64,000 bases of DNA from an uncultured Defluviitaleaceae bacterium (GCA_964474135.1 CAYYRV010000009.1:17-64016); one strand, 5' to 3'; positions 34,026 through 44,457 are shown, counted from the stretch's first letter. The notes: generated from the sequence alone by a model not told the origin. Numbers and translations are program-made.

Positions 34026-34062
34026 TTGACAATTAATTTTTTATGAAATATAATATCATAAA
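34026..34062 (+). promoter_or_regulatory. consensus sigma-A promoter with an inverted repeat over the -10
   Basis: TTGACA-N17-TATAAT; TTTATGA-N9-TCATAAA at 34040-34062. Confidence 0.7.
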
Positions 34063-34089
34063 TAAGTCTTGAAAGTCAATGGGGGGATT

Positions 34090-34521
34090 GTGTTGAGAAT
34101 TGCAGTTATTGACGGTCAAGGCGGCGGCATCGGAAAGGCTATTGTTGAAAAGCTAAAGAAAAATTTTGGTGAAGAAATTGATGTTCTTGCTTTGGGAACA
34201 AATTCGCTTGCAACATCTATGATGTTAAAAGCCGGTGCTAATGAAGGTGCTACTGGAGAAAATGCTGTAGTATACAATACTTCAAGAGTCGATATTATTA
34301 TTGGTTTAGTTGGGATTTTAGTAGCCAATTCTTATTATGGAGAGTTTACATCAAAAATGGCAACATCAGTTTCCGAAAGCGATGCTATAAAAATGATTAT
34401 ACCGCTTAATAAATCCAAAATAGAAGTTGCCGGCAATCTTAGCAAGCCTTTGCCTCATTATATAGATGATATTGTTGAGCTTGTTAAGTTTCAATTAAGA
34501 GGTGGTAAAAAAAATGTGTGA
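34090..34521 (+). CDS. DUF3842 family protein
   Basis: IAVIDGQGGGIG, LGTNSLATSMMLKAGANEGATGENA. Confidence 0.85.
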   Translation: MLRIAVIDGQGGGIGKAIVEKLKKNFGEEIDVLALGTNSLATSMMLKAGANEGATGENAVVYNTSRVDIIIGLVGILVANSYYGEFTSKMATSVSESDAIKMIIPLNKSKIEVAGNLSKPLPHYIDDIVELVKFQLRGGKKNV

Positions 34522-34711
34522 AGCAAATGCTTTTGTTGTAGATAAAAATGGGGAAGAAAAATTATTTTTAGAAATGGTTAATACTATGACTATTCAAGAA
34601 AATGGCATGATGTTTGAAAATATTTTTTGCCAAAGAAAATTTTTTAATGGAAGAATTAAAGAATTGGCATTACTTGAACATAAAATTTTATTAGAAGAAA
34701 ATGAACAGTAA
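34514..34711 (+). CDS. CooT family nickel-binding protein
   Basis: MCEANAF...ENIF.QRK...IKEL.LLEHKI; conserved Cys2. Confidence 0.8.
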   Translation: MCEANAFVVDKNGEEKLFLEMVNTMTIQENGMMFENIFCQRKFFNGRIKELALLEHKILLEENEQ

Positions 34712-34771
34712 ATATAAGGAGCTAACTTAAAGTTCTTACTTAGATTAAAGGATTTTTTTGGTTAGTATTAG

Positions 34772-34813
34772 AGTGGCTTATGGTATAATTTAGAAATTAT
34801 GCTATAAGCCACT
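34772..34813. terminator. hairpin between convergent genes
   Basis: AGTGGCTTATGGTATAAT/ATTATGCTATAAGCCACT. Confidence 0.55.
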
Positions 34814-34898
34814 TATCTGTATAGAGGAATAACTATTTCTATTTCCTATACTCTTCTGCCCTGAGTGTGATATACTATATTTATCTTTCCCCATAAAC

Positions 34899-35660
34899 TT
34901 ATTTATAATAATAAAACGATAATAACGCTTCTGTAATAGTAGTTCCTGCATCAACAGTAATAAAATCCTCACTACTCCAATTCCCATTTAAAAAATTCTC
35001 AAGCAAATTTGAAGTTCCTTCTATTGCACTAAATTTCCAATTAAAATAACTTGCCGCTTCCCTAGCTTCATTTATATAATTTTCACTAATAAGTTCTTTC
35101 CAGTATATAAAGTTACACAATCTATAATCATTTATCCAGCTATGTTCTATATTAATCAAATATTCTGCATTTTCTTCCCCATATCTATCAGTATATTCTT
35201 TCATTAATTTTTCCATATTTTGCTTGCTTGGCATTGGGCAATTCTCAAGCCAACCCCTTGTATACCAGTAAATTCTACCATTGTTATCGTCAAAATAATT
35301 TTTATATTTTTCTTTTGAGCCTAAGAAAAGTGTAATGCAGTCATGTGCTTTTGGTATTACCAATTTATATTTACTGCTTTTTAATCCCAAAATAGCATTT
35401 GAACATAAGCCATAACCTAAAAGTATAGCATCAAAATCATTCTCTAAATTTGCCTCCCCATTACTTTTTTGGTAGCTGTAAATGTCATCTCCGTTATCAA
35501 TTTTATCAATTTCCTTTTGTAAAATTTTATTTAATTTTGTTGGTGTATTATGCAAACCCTGTCTTATAAATGTTGTATCAATAATATTTTCGCACCTTGC
35601 TGATATAAGACTTATTTCCCTGTATAAAATTTTACAGCCAATAAATTTAAGTCGTAGCAT
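34899..35660 (-). CDS. DUF1638 domain protein
   Basis: GLHNTP, ILLGYGLCSN, PKAHDCITLFLGS, YWYTRGW, YGEENAEYL. Confidence 0.85.
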   Translation of the reverse strand: MLRLKFIGCKILYREISLISARCENIIDTTFIRQGLHNTPTKLNKILQKEIDKIDNGDDIYSYQKSNGEANLENDFDAILLGYGLCSNAILGLKSSKYKLVIPKAHDCITLFLGSKEKYKNYFDDNNGRIYWYTRGWLENCPMPSKQNMEKLMKEYTDRYGEENAEYLINIEHSWINDYRLCNFIYWKELISENYINEAREAASYFNWKFSAIEGTSNLLENFLNGNWSSEDFITVDAGTTITEALLSFYYYK

Positions 35661-35772
35661 AATATTTGTTTTACTCCTTATTGAACTAATATTTAAAATA
35701 TGTTAGTATCTGTTATTATAACAAATAAATATTCCTGTTAATACCCTAATTAAAAATAACGGAGGTTTTATT

Positions 35773-36417
35773 TTGAGTACATTATTAGAAATTTCTCAAT
35801 CTCTTCAAAGAGGCAGAGCAAATATTGTAAAAGAGTTAGTTCAAAAATCTTTGAATGAGGGACTTTTGGCAAAACAGATTTTAGAAGAAGGCTTGCTACC
35901 AGGAATGGATATAATTAGCGAAAAATTTAAGAATAATGAAATTTATGTTCCCGAAGTATTAGTTGCCGCAAGAGCAATGAATATAGGTACTGAAATTCTT
36001 AAACCATATCTAACAGAAACTAATCAGAAGCCTATAGGAAAAGCTGTAATTGCAACAGTAAAAGGTGATTTACATGATATAGGAAAAAATATTGTAAAAA
36101 TGATGCTCGAAGGAAAAGGTATACAAGTTATTGATTTAGGTACTGACGCTTCCGCTGAAAAATTTCTTGAAACATACATAAAAGAAAATTGTCAGCTTGT
36201 TTGCTGTTCGGCACTTCTTACAACTACAATGGGAGAAATGAAAAGGGTTGTAGAATTATTTGAAAAAGAAGGATTAAGAAAAGAAGCTATAATAATGGTG
36301 GGAGGAGCACCTGTTACAGAGAGTTTTTGTCAGTCAATAGGAGCAGATATTTATACTCCTGATGCTGCAACTGCTTCAGATGCGGCAAAAAAAGCACTTC
36401 TTGAAAGAGTTTCATAA
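35773..36417 (+). CDS. stand-alone corrinoid (B12-binding) protein
   Basis: cap domain IYVPEVLVAARAM, TVKGDLHDIGKN (DxHxxG), SALLTTTM, VGGAPV. Confidence 0.93.
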   Translation: MSTLLEISQSLQRGRANIVKELVQKSLNEGLLAKQILEEGLLPGMDIISEKFKNNEIYVPEVLVAARAMNIGTEILKPYLTETNQKPIGKAVIATVKGDLHDIGKNIVKMMLEGKGIQVIDLGTDASAEKFLETYIKENCQLVCCSALLTTTMGEMKRVVELFEKEGLRKEAIIMVGGAPVTESFCQSIGADIYTPDAATASDAAKKALLERVS

Positions 36418-36437
36418 ATATGTTAATATCAATAAAA

Positions 36438-36490
36438 AAAGACCTAGGAAACTTTTTTAAAAAAGTTTCCTAGGTCTTTCAAAAACTTTG
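36438..36490 (+). repeat. family A repeat, hairpin 1 variant between convergent genes
   Basis: perfect palindrome AAAGACCTAGGAAACTTTTTTAAAAAAGTTTCCTAGGTCTTT followed by CAAAAACTTT. Confidence 0.85.
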
Positions 36491-36530
36491 TCTTAGAGCT
36501 GTTGAGACATAAAGACAAATTTCTCAATTA

Positions 36531-37376
36531 TTATTTTAAAATATCTATAAAATAAGGTATTGCTCTTTCAAAACATACACCATAACGTCTTTCCAGATTT
36601 AATTCTTGTGTTAATGTAATACACTTATGCACATAGTCTACAGCAATTTGAGTAGATTTTTCTAATGAAAAACCTTTTAATAAAGCAGAAAGCAATGCAC
36701 TTCCAAAGACATCTCCTGTTCCATGAAAATATCCATCAACTTTGTCACAAAATGCATAGTTTATTTCGCCATTAGTGCTGTCGAATGAAGCCGCACCTAG
36801 TTTTTCGCTTTCAAAGGAAACACCTGTCAATACAACTTTTTCTGGACCTAATTCAGAAAGTTTTTTTAAAGTTGACTCAATATATTTTTTATCATAATTA
36901 TCACCAACATATTCTTCATCAAGTATAAAAGCTGCTTCTGTTAAGTTTGGAACAATTATATTGGCTTTTTTACACAATTTAGCCATTCCCTTTGCCATTT
37001 CAGGAGAGTACACAGGATAAAGTGTTCCATTATCAGCCATAACTGGGTCGACCATAACAATAGAATTTTCTTTTTTAAATGTATCAAATAAATGTGAAAT
37101 TAAATCAATTTGTTCAAATGAGCCTAAAAAGCCACTGTATAATGCATCAAATGATAGGTTTAGGCTTTCCCAATGTTTTGATATTGGCATAATATCTTCT
37201 GTTAAGTCACGATATGTAAAGCCTTCAAAACCACCTGTATGAGTTGATAAAACAGCAGTAGGCAAAACACTTGTTTCAAAACCAGCCGCTGAAATTATAG
37301 GAAGAGCAACAGTTAAAGAGCATCTTCCTACACAAGATATATCATGAATTGCTACTACTTTTTTTTGTACTTCCAT
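36531..37376 (-). CDS. pdxK: pyridoxal/pyridoxamine kinase
   Basis: HDISCVGRCSL, LSTHTGG, VDPVMADNG, PNLTEA, HGTGDVFGS. Confidence 0.9.
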   Translation of the reverse strand: MEVQKKVVAIHDISCVGRCSLTVALPIISAAGFETSVLPTAVLSTHTGGFEGFTYRDLTEDIMPISKHWESLNLSFDALYSGFLGSFEQIDLISHLFDTFKKENSIVMVDPVMADNGTLYPVYSPEMAKGMAKLCKKANIIVPNLTEAAFILDEEYVGDNYDKKYIESTLKKLSELGPEKVVLTGVSFESEKLGAASFDSTNGEINYAFCDKVDGYFHGTGDVFGSALLSALLKGFSLEKSTQIAVDYVHKCITLTQELNLERRYGVCFERAIPYFIDILK

Positions 37377-37468
37377 AATAATTTACTACCTCCAAATAAG
37401 ATATTTATATTCCAAACTTTCTTATCTATAAATGAAAAATAAATTCATTTATCAAATAATAGACTTTA

Positions 37469-37546
37469 TTGACTTTTTAATTAAGATATTCTACAATTAT
37501 ATTGATACTATTAAAAGTTCCAGTTTTTAATATTTTAACGGTATCA
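37469..37546 (+). promoter_or_regulatory. promoter of the MocR-type gene with TGATAC...GTATCA inverted motifs
   Basis: TTGACT-N17-TACAAT; TGATAC 37503-37508 and GTATCA 37541-37546. Confidence 0.45.
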
Positions 37547-37564
37547 GTTAAGGAGGTTATATAT

Positions 37565-38959
37565 ATGTTGACAATACTATTTAAAAATAATTCTGAACCC
37601 CTATACATACAAATTTATGAGCATATAAAAAATGAGATAGTAAAAGGAAATATCACCTATGGTTACAAATTGCCGTCAAAACGTAGACTCGCATTACATC
37701 TTTCTGTAAGCATTAATACAGTAGATACAGCCTATAGTCAGCTAGTTGCAGAAGGATATATTGAGCCTAAGCCAAAAAGGGGTTACTTTGTTTGCCAAAT
37801 AGATAAATACTTAAACGATAATACATATACTAAAAATAATGAGAGTATAGCAATAAATGATAATAATAAAATATTAATTGACTTTTCTCCAAGAGACATT
37901 GACAACTATCTGTTCCCATTTAATACATTTCGAAAAATATTTAAAACTACTTTTGATGAAAATGATTTAACTCTTTTAAAAAAACCTGATGTGCAAGGTG
38001 ACATAAATTTGCGAAAAGCACTTGTAAATCACTTGTACCGTTCAAGAGGTGTAAAATGTTCTGAAAATCAAATTATAATTGGTGCTGGAACAAGTAATAT
38101 ACTGCAAATTTTAGGCTTTATTTTAGGAAGAGATAAAAACATTGCACTTGAAAATCCTGTTTATTTAAAAGCGTATAAAATATTTGAAAATATGGGCAAT
38201 AAAATAATACCAATAGATATTGATGATAAAGGTATACAAACTGAATTTTTAGAGGGTTTGTCAAATGTTGCTATTTATATTACACCTTCTCACCATTTTC
38301 CTTTAGGTATTAGTATGCCTATTGATAGAAGAATTAAACTTCTTAATTTTGCAAGCAAAAATAGTGATACATATATTATTGAGGATGACTATGACAGCGA
38401 ATTTAGATATAATGAAAAACCCCTTCCTTCCTTGCAAAGTATAGATAAAGGCGAAAAAGTTATATATATAGGAACATTCTCAAAATCAATTGCTCCATCA
38501 ATAAGAATAAGCTATATGGTTTTACCTGAGTCACTAATGAAAATTTATTTAGAAAAATGTACTTATATGAACTCAAATGTTTCTACTTTGGAACAAAAAA
38601 TGATTACTGAATTTATTAAAAGCGGTGATTTTGAAAGACATATAAATAAAATGCGTAAAATCTATAAAGATAAAAGGAAGTTTTTGATTAATGAGCTTTA
38701 TCAGTTAGGCGATAGTATAAGTGTTATTGGAGAAAATGCTGGTCACCACCTTCTTATAAAGCTTAAAACAGGATTATCGGAAGAGGATATGTGCAAAAGT
38801 GCATTATCTCTAGGTGTTAAGGTATACCCTATATCACAATATTTTATAAAAAAAATTAACCCAAAGTATGAAAATAGTGTATTAATTGGGTATAGTGCTC
38901 TAACTTGTAAGCAAATAAAAGATGGTGTATATCTAATTAAAAAAGCATGGAATTTGTAA
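37565..38959 (+). CDS. MocR/GabR family PLP-dependent regulator (PdxR-like)
   Basis: wHTH LPSKR.LA..L.VS.NTV..AY.QL.AEGY; IIEDDYDSEFRY; GTFSKS; divergent from pdxK. Confidence 0.9.
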   Translation: MLTILFKNNSEPLYIQIYEHIKNEIVKGNITYGYKLPSKRRLALHLSVSINTVDTAYSQLVAEGYIEPKPKRGYFVCQIDKYLNDNTYTKNNESIAINDNNKILIDFSPRDIDNYLFPFNTFRKIFKTTFDENDLTLLKKPDVQGDINLRKALVNHLYRSRGVKCSENQIIIGAGTSNILQILGFILGRDKNIALENPVYLKAYKIFENMGNKIIPIDIDDKGIQTEFLEGLSNVAIYITPSHHFPLGISMPIDRRIKLLNFASKNSDTYIIEDDYDSEFRYNEKPLPSLQSIDKGEKVIYIGTFSKSIAPSIRISYMVLPESLMKIYLEKCTYMNSNVSTLEQKMITEFIKSGDFERHINKMRKIYKDKRKFLINELYQLGDSISVIGENAGHHLLIKLKTGLSEEDMCKSALSLGVKVYPISQYFIKKINPKYENSVLIGYSALTCKQIKDGVYLIKKAWNL

Positions 38960-38982
38960 TTATACTAACTTTATTTAAAAAT

Positions 38983-39023
38983 TGAAAAATCTTACGATTT
39001 TCGACTACCTGGAACTTATGTTA
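38983..39023 (+). repeat. family B repeat, internally deleted copy
   Basis: TGAAAAATCTTACGATTTTCG then ACTACCTGGAACTTATGTTA (cf. 30503-30564). Confidence 0.75.
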
Positions 39024-39227
39024 AAATAATATTTACATAAAATATATTGAAATAACCTATATAAATATTTTATAATATAATTATAAGATTTTATAAGTTA
39101 GTTTACCATATAAATAAACATAAGCTGATAATTATGCTAATAATATGTTTGCACTGCTAGTAAAAATGGTTTGATAGATTTTAGGTTTCAAACTTATACC
39201 AAATTAAAAAGGGGGCGGGGATGTTAT

Positions 39228-41525
39228 ATGAATGTATTACACAAATTTGGTTTTGGGCATAATAGATTAAAGACATTACAATTATTTATAATATTTTCTT
39301 TTATAATATCCGTTGTTTTATTAGGATTGTATACTTACAATCAAACATTGCGTAATGATTTATCAGAATCTACATTTATAAACCTTGAGGAAATTATGCA
39401 GCAGCAGAAATTTAACTTTACTTCCGAACTTAGCTTGGAAATAAAAACTATGAAGTCTATTGCAAATGCCACTGCACATATGACAGAAGAATCCGACGGG
39501 CTATTAGAAGCACTTTCTAATATAGTAAGGGAAACAAATTTTGATTATATTACTTTAGCAGATACTAATGGAGATGGAATAGTTAGTAGCGGACATACTG
39601 TTAATATTTATGAAAGAGATTATTTCAAAAAATCTTTAAGGGGAGAAACAGTACTATCAAAACCATTTAAGTCTTCCATAAGAGATGCAATAATTATTGC
39701 CGTTTCTACTCCTATAATAAAAGATAACAAAATCACTGGAATATTAGTAGGTTCATATGATGTTAATAAACTAAATAACTTATTTCTATCATCTTTTAGC
39801 GGAAAGGGGTATGCTTTTGTAATAGATAGTAGTGGAGATATAATAGCCCAAGCAAAAAGCAAATATACAATAACAAATGAAAGTAATTTATTTGATAGTT
39901 TTCATAATAGAGCAACATTTTTGAATGATAATAGTGTGGAAAAAATAATTAGCAATATTTCTGAACATAAAACTGAGCGTTTATCTTATACAATAGGCGG
40001 AGAAAAACGTTATGCTTACTATGCACCTCTAGGTATAAATAATTGGTACATATTTTCTATAGTGCCAGAGGACATTATTGCGCAAAAAGCAAATAGTATT
40101 ATTGCTAAGGCAAGTATATTAACATTTACGATTGTATTATTGTTCATGATAGTAATAATAAACATATTTAAAACGGAAAAAAATATGGAGAATATTCAAT
40201 CCTCACATATTAATGAACTTTCACGTATTGCATACATTGACGAGCTTACTGGGTGTCGCAACTATGCCAAGTTTAAAATAGATGCACAAGCATTACTCAA
40301 TGAGAATACTACCTTACAATATATGTTTATTAAAATGGATATAGATAAATTTAAACTGATTAATGAGACTTTTGGATATGAAGGAGGGGACAAAATACTT
40401 ATAAATGTATCTAAAGCGTTACAATATATTATTGATAATAGAACAGACATATTTGCAAGAATTAATACTGATGAGTTTATTATCATGCTTAAAATGAGAA
40501 GCGATATAGAAATTATGAAAGTTATTAATTCTTTTAAAGATAAGTTTAATGAGCTGATTGGAAACGATATTGGATATAAAGTTATATTTCCAATGGGAAG
40601 ATATGTTACGAAAAAAAGCTCTGAAGCTAATAAAAATGATATAAATAAAATATTTGAAAAAGTAAATTATGCACATAGAATGGCAAAAAAGGCTGTAGGA
40701 GATAAAATATGCGACTATGATGGAAGTATAAAGCAGGCAGCACTTCGTGAAAAAGAAATAGAAAATAAAATGGAAGAGGCTATTTTAAATAGAGAATTTA
40801 AAATTTTTCTGCAAGCTAAATACAGGCTATCAGACGAAACAATTGCTGGAGCAGAAGCACTTGTACGTTGGAAGACTAAAGAAGATGATATAATTTATCC
40901 TAACGAATTTATTCCTCTTTTTGAAAAAAATGGCTTCATAACAAAGCTTGATATGTATATGCTAGAAAGTGCTTGCTCAGTTATTAGGGAATGGATAGAT
41001 GAAAATATTACTCCTGTAACTGTTTCTGTAAATTTTTCAAGAATGCATTTGAATAGCCCTAGATTTATAGATGAAATATGCAGCATTGTAGAAAAGTATA
41101 ACATTCCCAGAAATTTAATAGAAATTGAACTTACAGAAACAGCGATATATGATAATGAAAAAAAATTGAATGATGTACTTGATAGTCTGCATAAATTTGG
41201 TTTTACATTATCTATGGACGATTTTGGTACAGGATATTCTTCTTTGGGGCTTCTTAAAAATTTACCAGTAGATGTTATTAAGTTAGACAGAGCATTTTTT
41301 ATTAATTCTGGAAGCGAATTTAGAGCAAAAACTGTAATATCAAGTATTATGGATATGGCAAAAAAATTAAAAATTCATACTGTTGCTGAAGGTGTTGAAA
41401 CAAAAGAGCAGGTAGAATTTTTACGTGAACTTGGTTGTGATATTGTTCAAGGGTACTATTTTGCAAAACCTATTGCAGCTGAGGAACTGAAAACTTCATT
41501 AAAAAACATGAGTTTGGTGCAATAA
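39228..41525 (+). CDS. membrane dCache-GGDEF(degenerate)-EAL protein, likely c-di-GMP phosphodiesterase
   Basis: two TMs around a Cache domain; NTDEF instead of GGDEF; AEALVRW, ELTET, DDFGTGYSS, AEGVET, QGYYF intact. Confidence 0.9.
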   Translation: MNVLHKFGFGHNRLKTLQLFIIFSFIISVVLLGLYTYNQTLRNDLSESTFINLEEIMQQQKFNFTSELSLEIKTMKSIANATAHMTEESDGLLEALSNIVRETNFDYITLADTNGDGIVSSGHTVNIYERDYFKKSLRGETVLSKPFKSSIRDAIIIAVSTPIIKDNKITGILVGSYDVNKLNNLFLSSFSGKGYAFVIDSSGDIIAQAKSKYTITNESNLFDSFHNRATFLNDNSVEKIISNISEHKTERLSYTIGGEKRYAYYAPLGINNWYIFSIVPEDIIAQKANSIIAKASILTFTIVLLFMIVIINIFKTEKNMENIQSSHINELSRIAYIDELTGCRNYAKFKIDAQALLNENTTLQYMFIKMDIDKFKLINETFGYEGGDKILINVSKALQYIIDNRTDIFARINTDEFIIMLKMRSDIEIMKVINSFKDKFNELIGNDIGYKVIFPMGRYVTKKSSEANKNDINKIFEKVNYAHRMAKKAVGDKICDYDGSIKQAALREKEIENKMEEAILNREFKIFLQAKYRLSDETIAGAEALVRWKTKEDDIIYPNEFIPLFEKNGFITKLDMYMLESACSVIREWIDENITPVTVSVNFSRMHLNSPRFIDEICSIVEKYNIPRNLIEIELTETAIYDNEKKLNDVLDSLHKFGFTLSMDDFGTGYSSLGLLKNLPVDVIKLDRAFFINSGSEFRAKTVISSIMDMAKKLKIHTVAEGVETKEQVEFLRELGCDIVQGYYFAKPIAAEELKTSLKNMSLVQ

Positions 41526-41527
41526 AA

Positions 41528-41596
41528 ATTGCGTTGAGTTCATGTTAAATATATATTGTTAATTAGTGTGAGTTCACTAAAATCGAACTCACACTA
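41528..41596. repeat. family B half-site plus short copy
   Basis: ATTGCGTTGAGTTCATGTTA; TAGTGTGAGTTC-ACTAAAATC-GAACTCACACTA. Confidence 0.65.
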
Positions 41597-41628
41597 TAAT
41601 AGTTTTTAGTGACTAGAGGTGTTTTGAG

Positions 41629-43473
41629 ATGAAACAAAAAAATATAGTTTTAATTATAATGTTAATTGTTGTAATATTTACAGCATTGTTTCAAATGTAT
41701 GTTTTTAATAATAATCTGAAAAACCAGATTATTAAAAATGTTTATAATCAGCTTTTGGAGTTGTCATCTCAAAATGTTATTTCTATTGATTCTCAAATAA
41801 ATGAGCAGTTTTCAAAGCTCAAAACATTAGCTGATAATTTTTCTCATAGTGACAAACTAGGAGATTATGAGCAAATTCTACTTATGAATGACTTAGTAAA
41901 AAATAATGGTTTTTTGAGATGTGCTATAGCCTATCCAGATGGAAGCTTTATAACAAATGACAAGCAATCAAACGGAAATGTTTCTAACCAAGTTTTTTTT
42001 AAAGAAGCTTTAAAAGGAAAGCCATATGTTTCAGAACCTATCCCTGCAGTTTTAGAAACATCAAAATCAATAATAATGTTTTCTGTTCCAATTATAAGAT
42101 ATAATGAAGTAGCAGGAGTTATTTCATGTTCATATGAAACAAAGGAAATTGATAAGCTCTTTTCATTATCTTTTTTTAATGGAATGGGATATTCCTATAT
42201 TAGTAAATCAGACGGTACTATTATATTTGATAGCGATAAAAATAATACTTTTTCGGAAGGCGAAAATATTCTGGATTATTTTCGTAGCAAGCATGATGAT
42301 TATACTTACAGTAATATTAAGTCAAATATTAAAAACTCTACAGGCGGTGTATTTTTTATTGAGAATGATAATGGTAAAAAGTCATATGCCAGTTATTGCC
42401 CACTTTCAGTAAATGACTGGTATGTTTTTACTATTGTTCCAGAAGATGTTATAAGTGAGCAACTTATTTTTATTGAAAATATGGTAATAAATTCAGCAAC
42501 AGTTATTTTTACTTGTTCTTTAATTTTAGTTTCTTATATTGTTTTTCAGCAAATCAAAGCGAGAAACAAAGCTATAGTTCATGAGCGTTGTCTTTGTGCT
42601 TTAGCAGAACAGACTGGAAAAGTAATATTTGAATGGGGCTTTGTTAAAAGAAAAATAACAATATTATGTAATTTTAATGAGAATTTTGGTATTAATCCTG
42701 AAAGCTTACTTTTATTGGATGGAGATATGAAATTAAATATAATTCACCCAGACGACATAAATATTTTTAAAAAAATGTATGACGACATGTCTAAAGGAAT
42801 TAATGTTGAAAATAAAAAATTGAGAATAAAAAATAATCATGATAATTATTATTATTTTACCTTTTCAGGAATTGTTATAAATGATTGGAGAAATAGACCA
42901 TATAAAATTATAGGTTCTCTTGAAAATATTGATAGACAAGAGAGGGAATCAGAGCTTCTTCACCAAAAAGCAAGCCGTGACCAACTAACAGGGCTTTACA
43001 ATAAAGTTACATCACAAACGCTTATATCAAATATATTGGAACAAGACGAAACTGTTACTCATGCTTTAATATGTGCTGACCTTGATAATTTTAAAATGGT
43101 TAATGATACATTTGGGCATTTATATGGGGACGAAGTTCTAATGGAGGTTGCTAATAAGATTAAAGAAATGTTTCGCTCCACTGATGTTTTAGGCAGGTTT
43201 GGAGGAGATGAATTTGTTTTGCTTATTCGTGATATACCAAATGTTGATTTTATAAAAGAAAAAATAAGTGAATTTATTTCTCATTTCAATAAAATATATG
43301 ATGTAAATGGCAGAGAATATAAAATATCAATGAGTATAGGAATTTCTATTTTTAATCGTGATGGATTAACATATGAGGATTTGTATAAAAAGGCTGATGA
43401 AGCCTTGTATGAAGCTAAGAGAGCTGGAAAAGATATGTATTGTATTTATGGAGAATGTTTAAAAAATTTATAA
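41629..43473 (+). CDS. membrane dCache-PAS-GGDEF diguanylate cyclase
   Basis: IHPDD (PAS), DQLTGLYN, DLDNFK.VND.FGH..GD, RSTD I-site, RFGGDEF. Confidence 0.92.
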   Translation: MKQKNIVLIIMLIVVIFTALFQMYVFNNNLKNQIIKNVYNQLLELSSQNVISIDSQINEQFSKLKTLADNFSHSDKLGDYEQILLMNDLVKNNGFLRCAIAYPDGSFITNDKQSNGNVSNQVFFKEALKGKPYVSEPIPAVLETSKSIIMFSVPIIRYNEVAGVISCSYETKEIDKLFSLSFFNGMGYSYISKSDGTIIFDSDKNNTFSEGENILDYFRSKHDDYTYSNIKSNIKNSTGGVFFIENDNGKKSYASYCPLSVNDWYVFTIVPEDVISEQLIFIENMVINSATVIFTCSLILVSYIVFQQIKARNKAIVHERCLCALAEQTGKVIFEWGFVKRKITILCNFNENFGINPESLLLLDGDMKLNIIHPDDINIFKKMYDDMSKGINVENKKLRIKNNHDNYYYFTFSGIVINDWRNRPYKIIGSLENIDRQERESELLHQKASRDQLTGLYNKVTSQTLISNILEQDETVTHALICADLDNFKMVNDTFGHLYGDEVLMEVANKIKEMFRSTDVLGRFGGDEFVLLIRDIPNVDFIKEKISEFISHFNKIYDVNGREYKISMSIGISIFNRDGLTYEDLYKKADEALYEAKRAGKDMYCIYGECLKNL

Positions 43474-43571
43474 ATAAAATTAGCTTCATAATTGTAATAT
43501 ACTAATAAAAATGTTATTATTACATTATAAATAATAGCAAACCCAATTTACTTCAGCTTAGGAGATTTAAT

Positions 43572-44324
43572 ATGTACTATATTTTAATGGATTTGGAGTT
43601 TAACCAGCCATTCGATTTTGAAGATGGTATAAAAACACCTGTAATCCCTGAATGCCCATTTGAAATTATACAAATCGGGCTTGTAAAAATGAGTGAAGAT
43701 TTTAAAATTGTTGATAAAAAAAGCTTGCTTGCAAAACCACAGCTTTATAAAAGAATGCATCCTTTTGTAGAAAAAATAACAAGTTTATCAAATAAGACAT
43801 TTAAAGGGGAAAAAACTTTTCCTGAAATATATGAAGAAGTATTGGATTTTGTTGGAGACAAAAATAATATTTTTTGTATTTGGGGAGGAAGCGATATAAA
43901 GCTTCTATACAAAAATATAAAATATTATAATTTAGACCACAATACCTTAACAAAAAAATTTATTAATGTTCAAATGCTTGCAACGCAATACTTAAAAATA
44001 CCAGGAGGGGCTTCTATAGGTTTAAAAAATGCAGTAGATGCCCTAAATATACCAAAAGAGGCGGTTTTTCATGACGCTCTTAATGATGCTGTTTACACTG
44101 GTGAAATTTTCAAAATTGTTAAAAATGATGATATGAAAATACAAATTTTTAATTTGAATGAACTAGACAAATCAAAGGAAGCTACTAGACACCCGTTTAA
44201 TTCAAAATTGTTGTATAAAGAGATTGAAAAATTATATGGTAGAAAATTGGGAAGAAAAGAAAAAGAAATTATGAAAAAGGTATATGCTATGGGCAGATTT
44301 AAAAAATTTGATACAAGCGATTAG
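43572..44324 (+). CDS. DEDDh 3'-5' exonuclease (ERI1/KapD-like)
   Basis: MDLEFNQ, EIIQIG, WGGSD, HDALNDA. Confidence 0.85.
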   Translation: MYYILMDLEFNQPFDFEDGIKTPVIPECPFEIIQIGLVKMSEDFKIVDKKSLLAKPQLYKRMHPFVEKITSLSNKTFKGEKTFPEIYEEVLDFVGDKNNIFCIWGGSDIKLLYKNIKYYNLDHNTLTKKFINVQMLATQYLKIPGGASIGLKNAVDALNIPKEAVFHDALNDAVYTGEIFKIVKNDDMKIQIFNLNELDKSKEATRHPFNSKLLYKEIEKLYGRKLGRKEKEIMKKVYAMGRFKKFDTSD

Positions 44325-44384
44325 ATAAGTGTAAGTTTTAAATTTTATAAAAAGTTTAAAATAATAAAAAAGTTAATTTTAAGT

Positions 44385-44420
44385 TTTGGGGAAACTTTCT
44401 ACTTTAAAAGTTTCCCCAAA
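44385..44420. repeat. family A hairpin 1
   Basis: TTTGGGGAAACTTT-CTACTTTA-AAAGTTTCCCCAAA. Confidence 0.75.
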
Positions 44421-44457
44421 TGTTTACCAATAATAATTATAAATATTTCTATTAATT

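Noticed and set aside
35661-35772. cobalamin riboswitch between DUF1638 and the corrinoid gene
   Set aside because: The spacer is 112 bp, very AT-rich and has no B12-box or GCCACTG motif.
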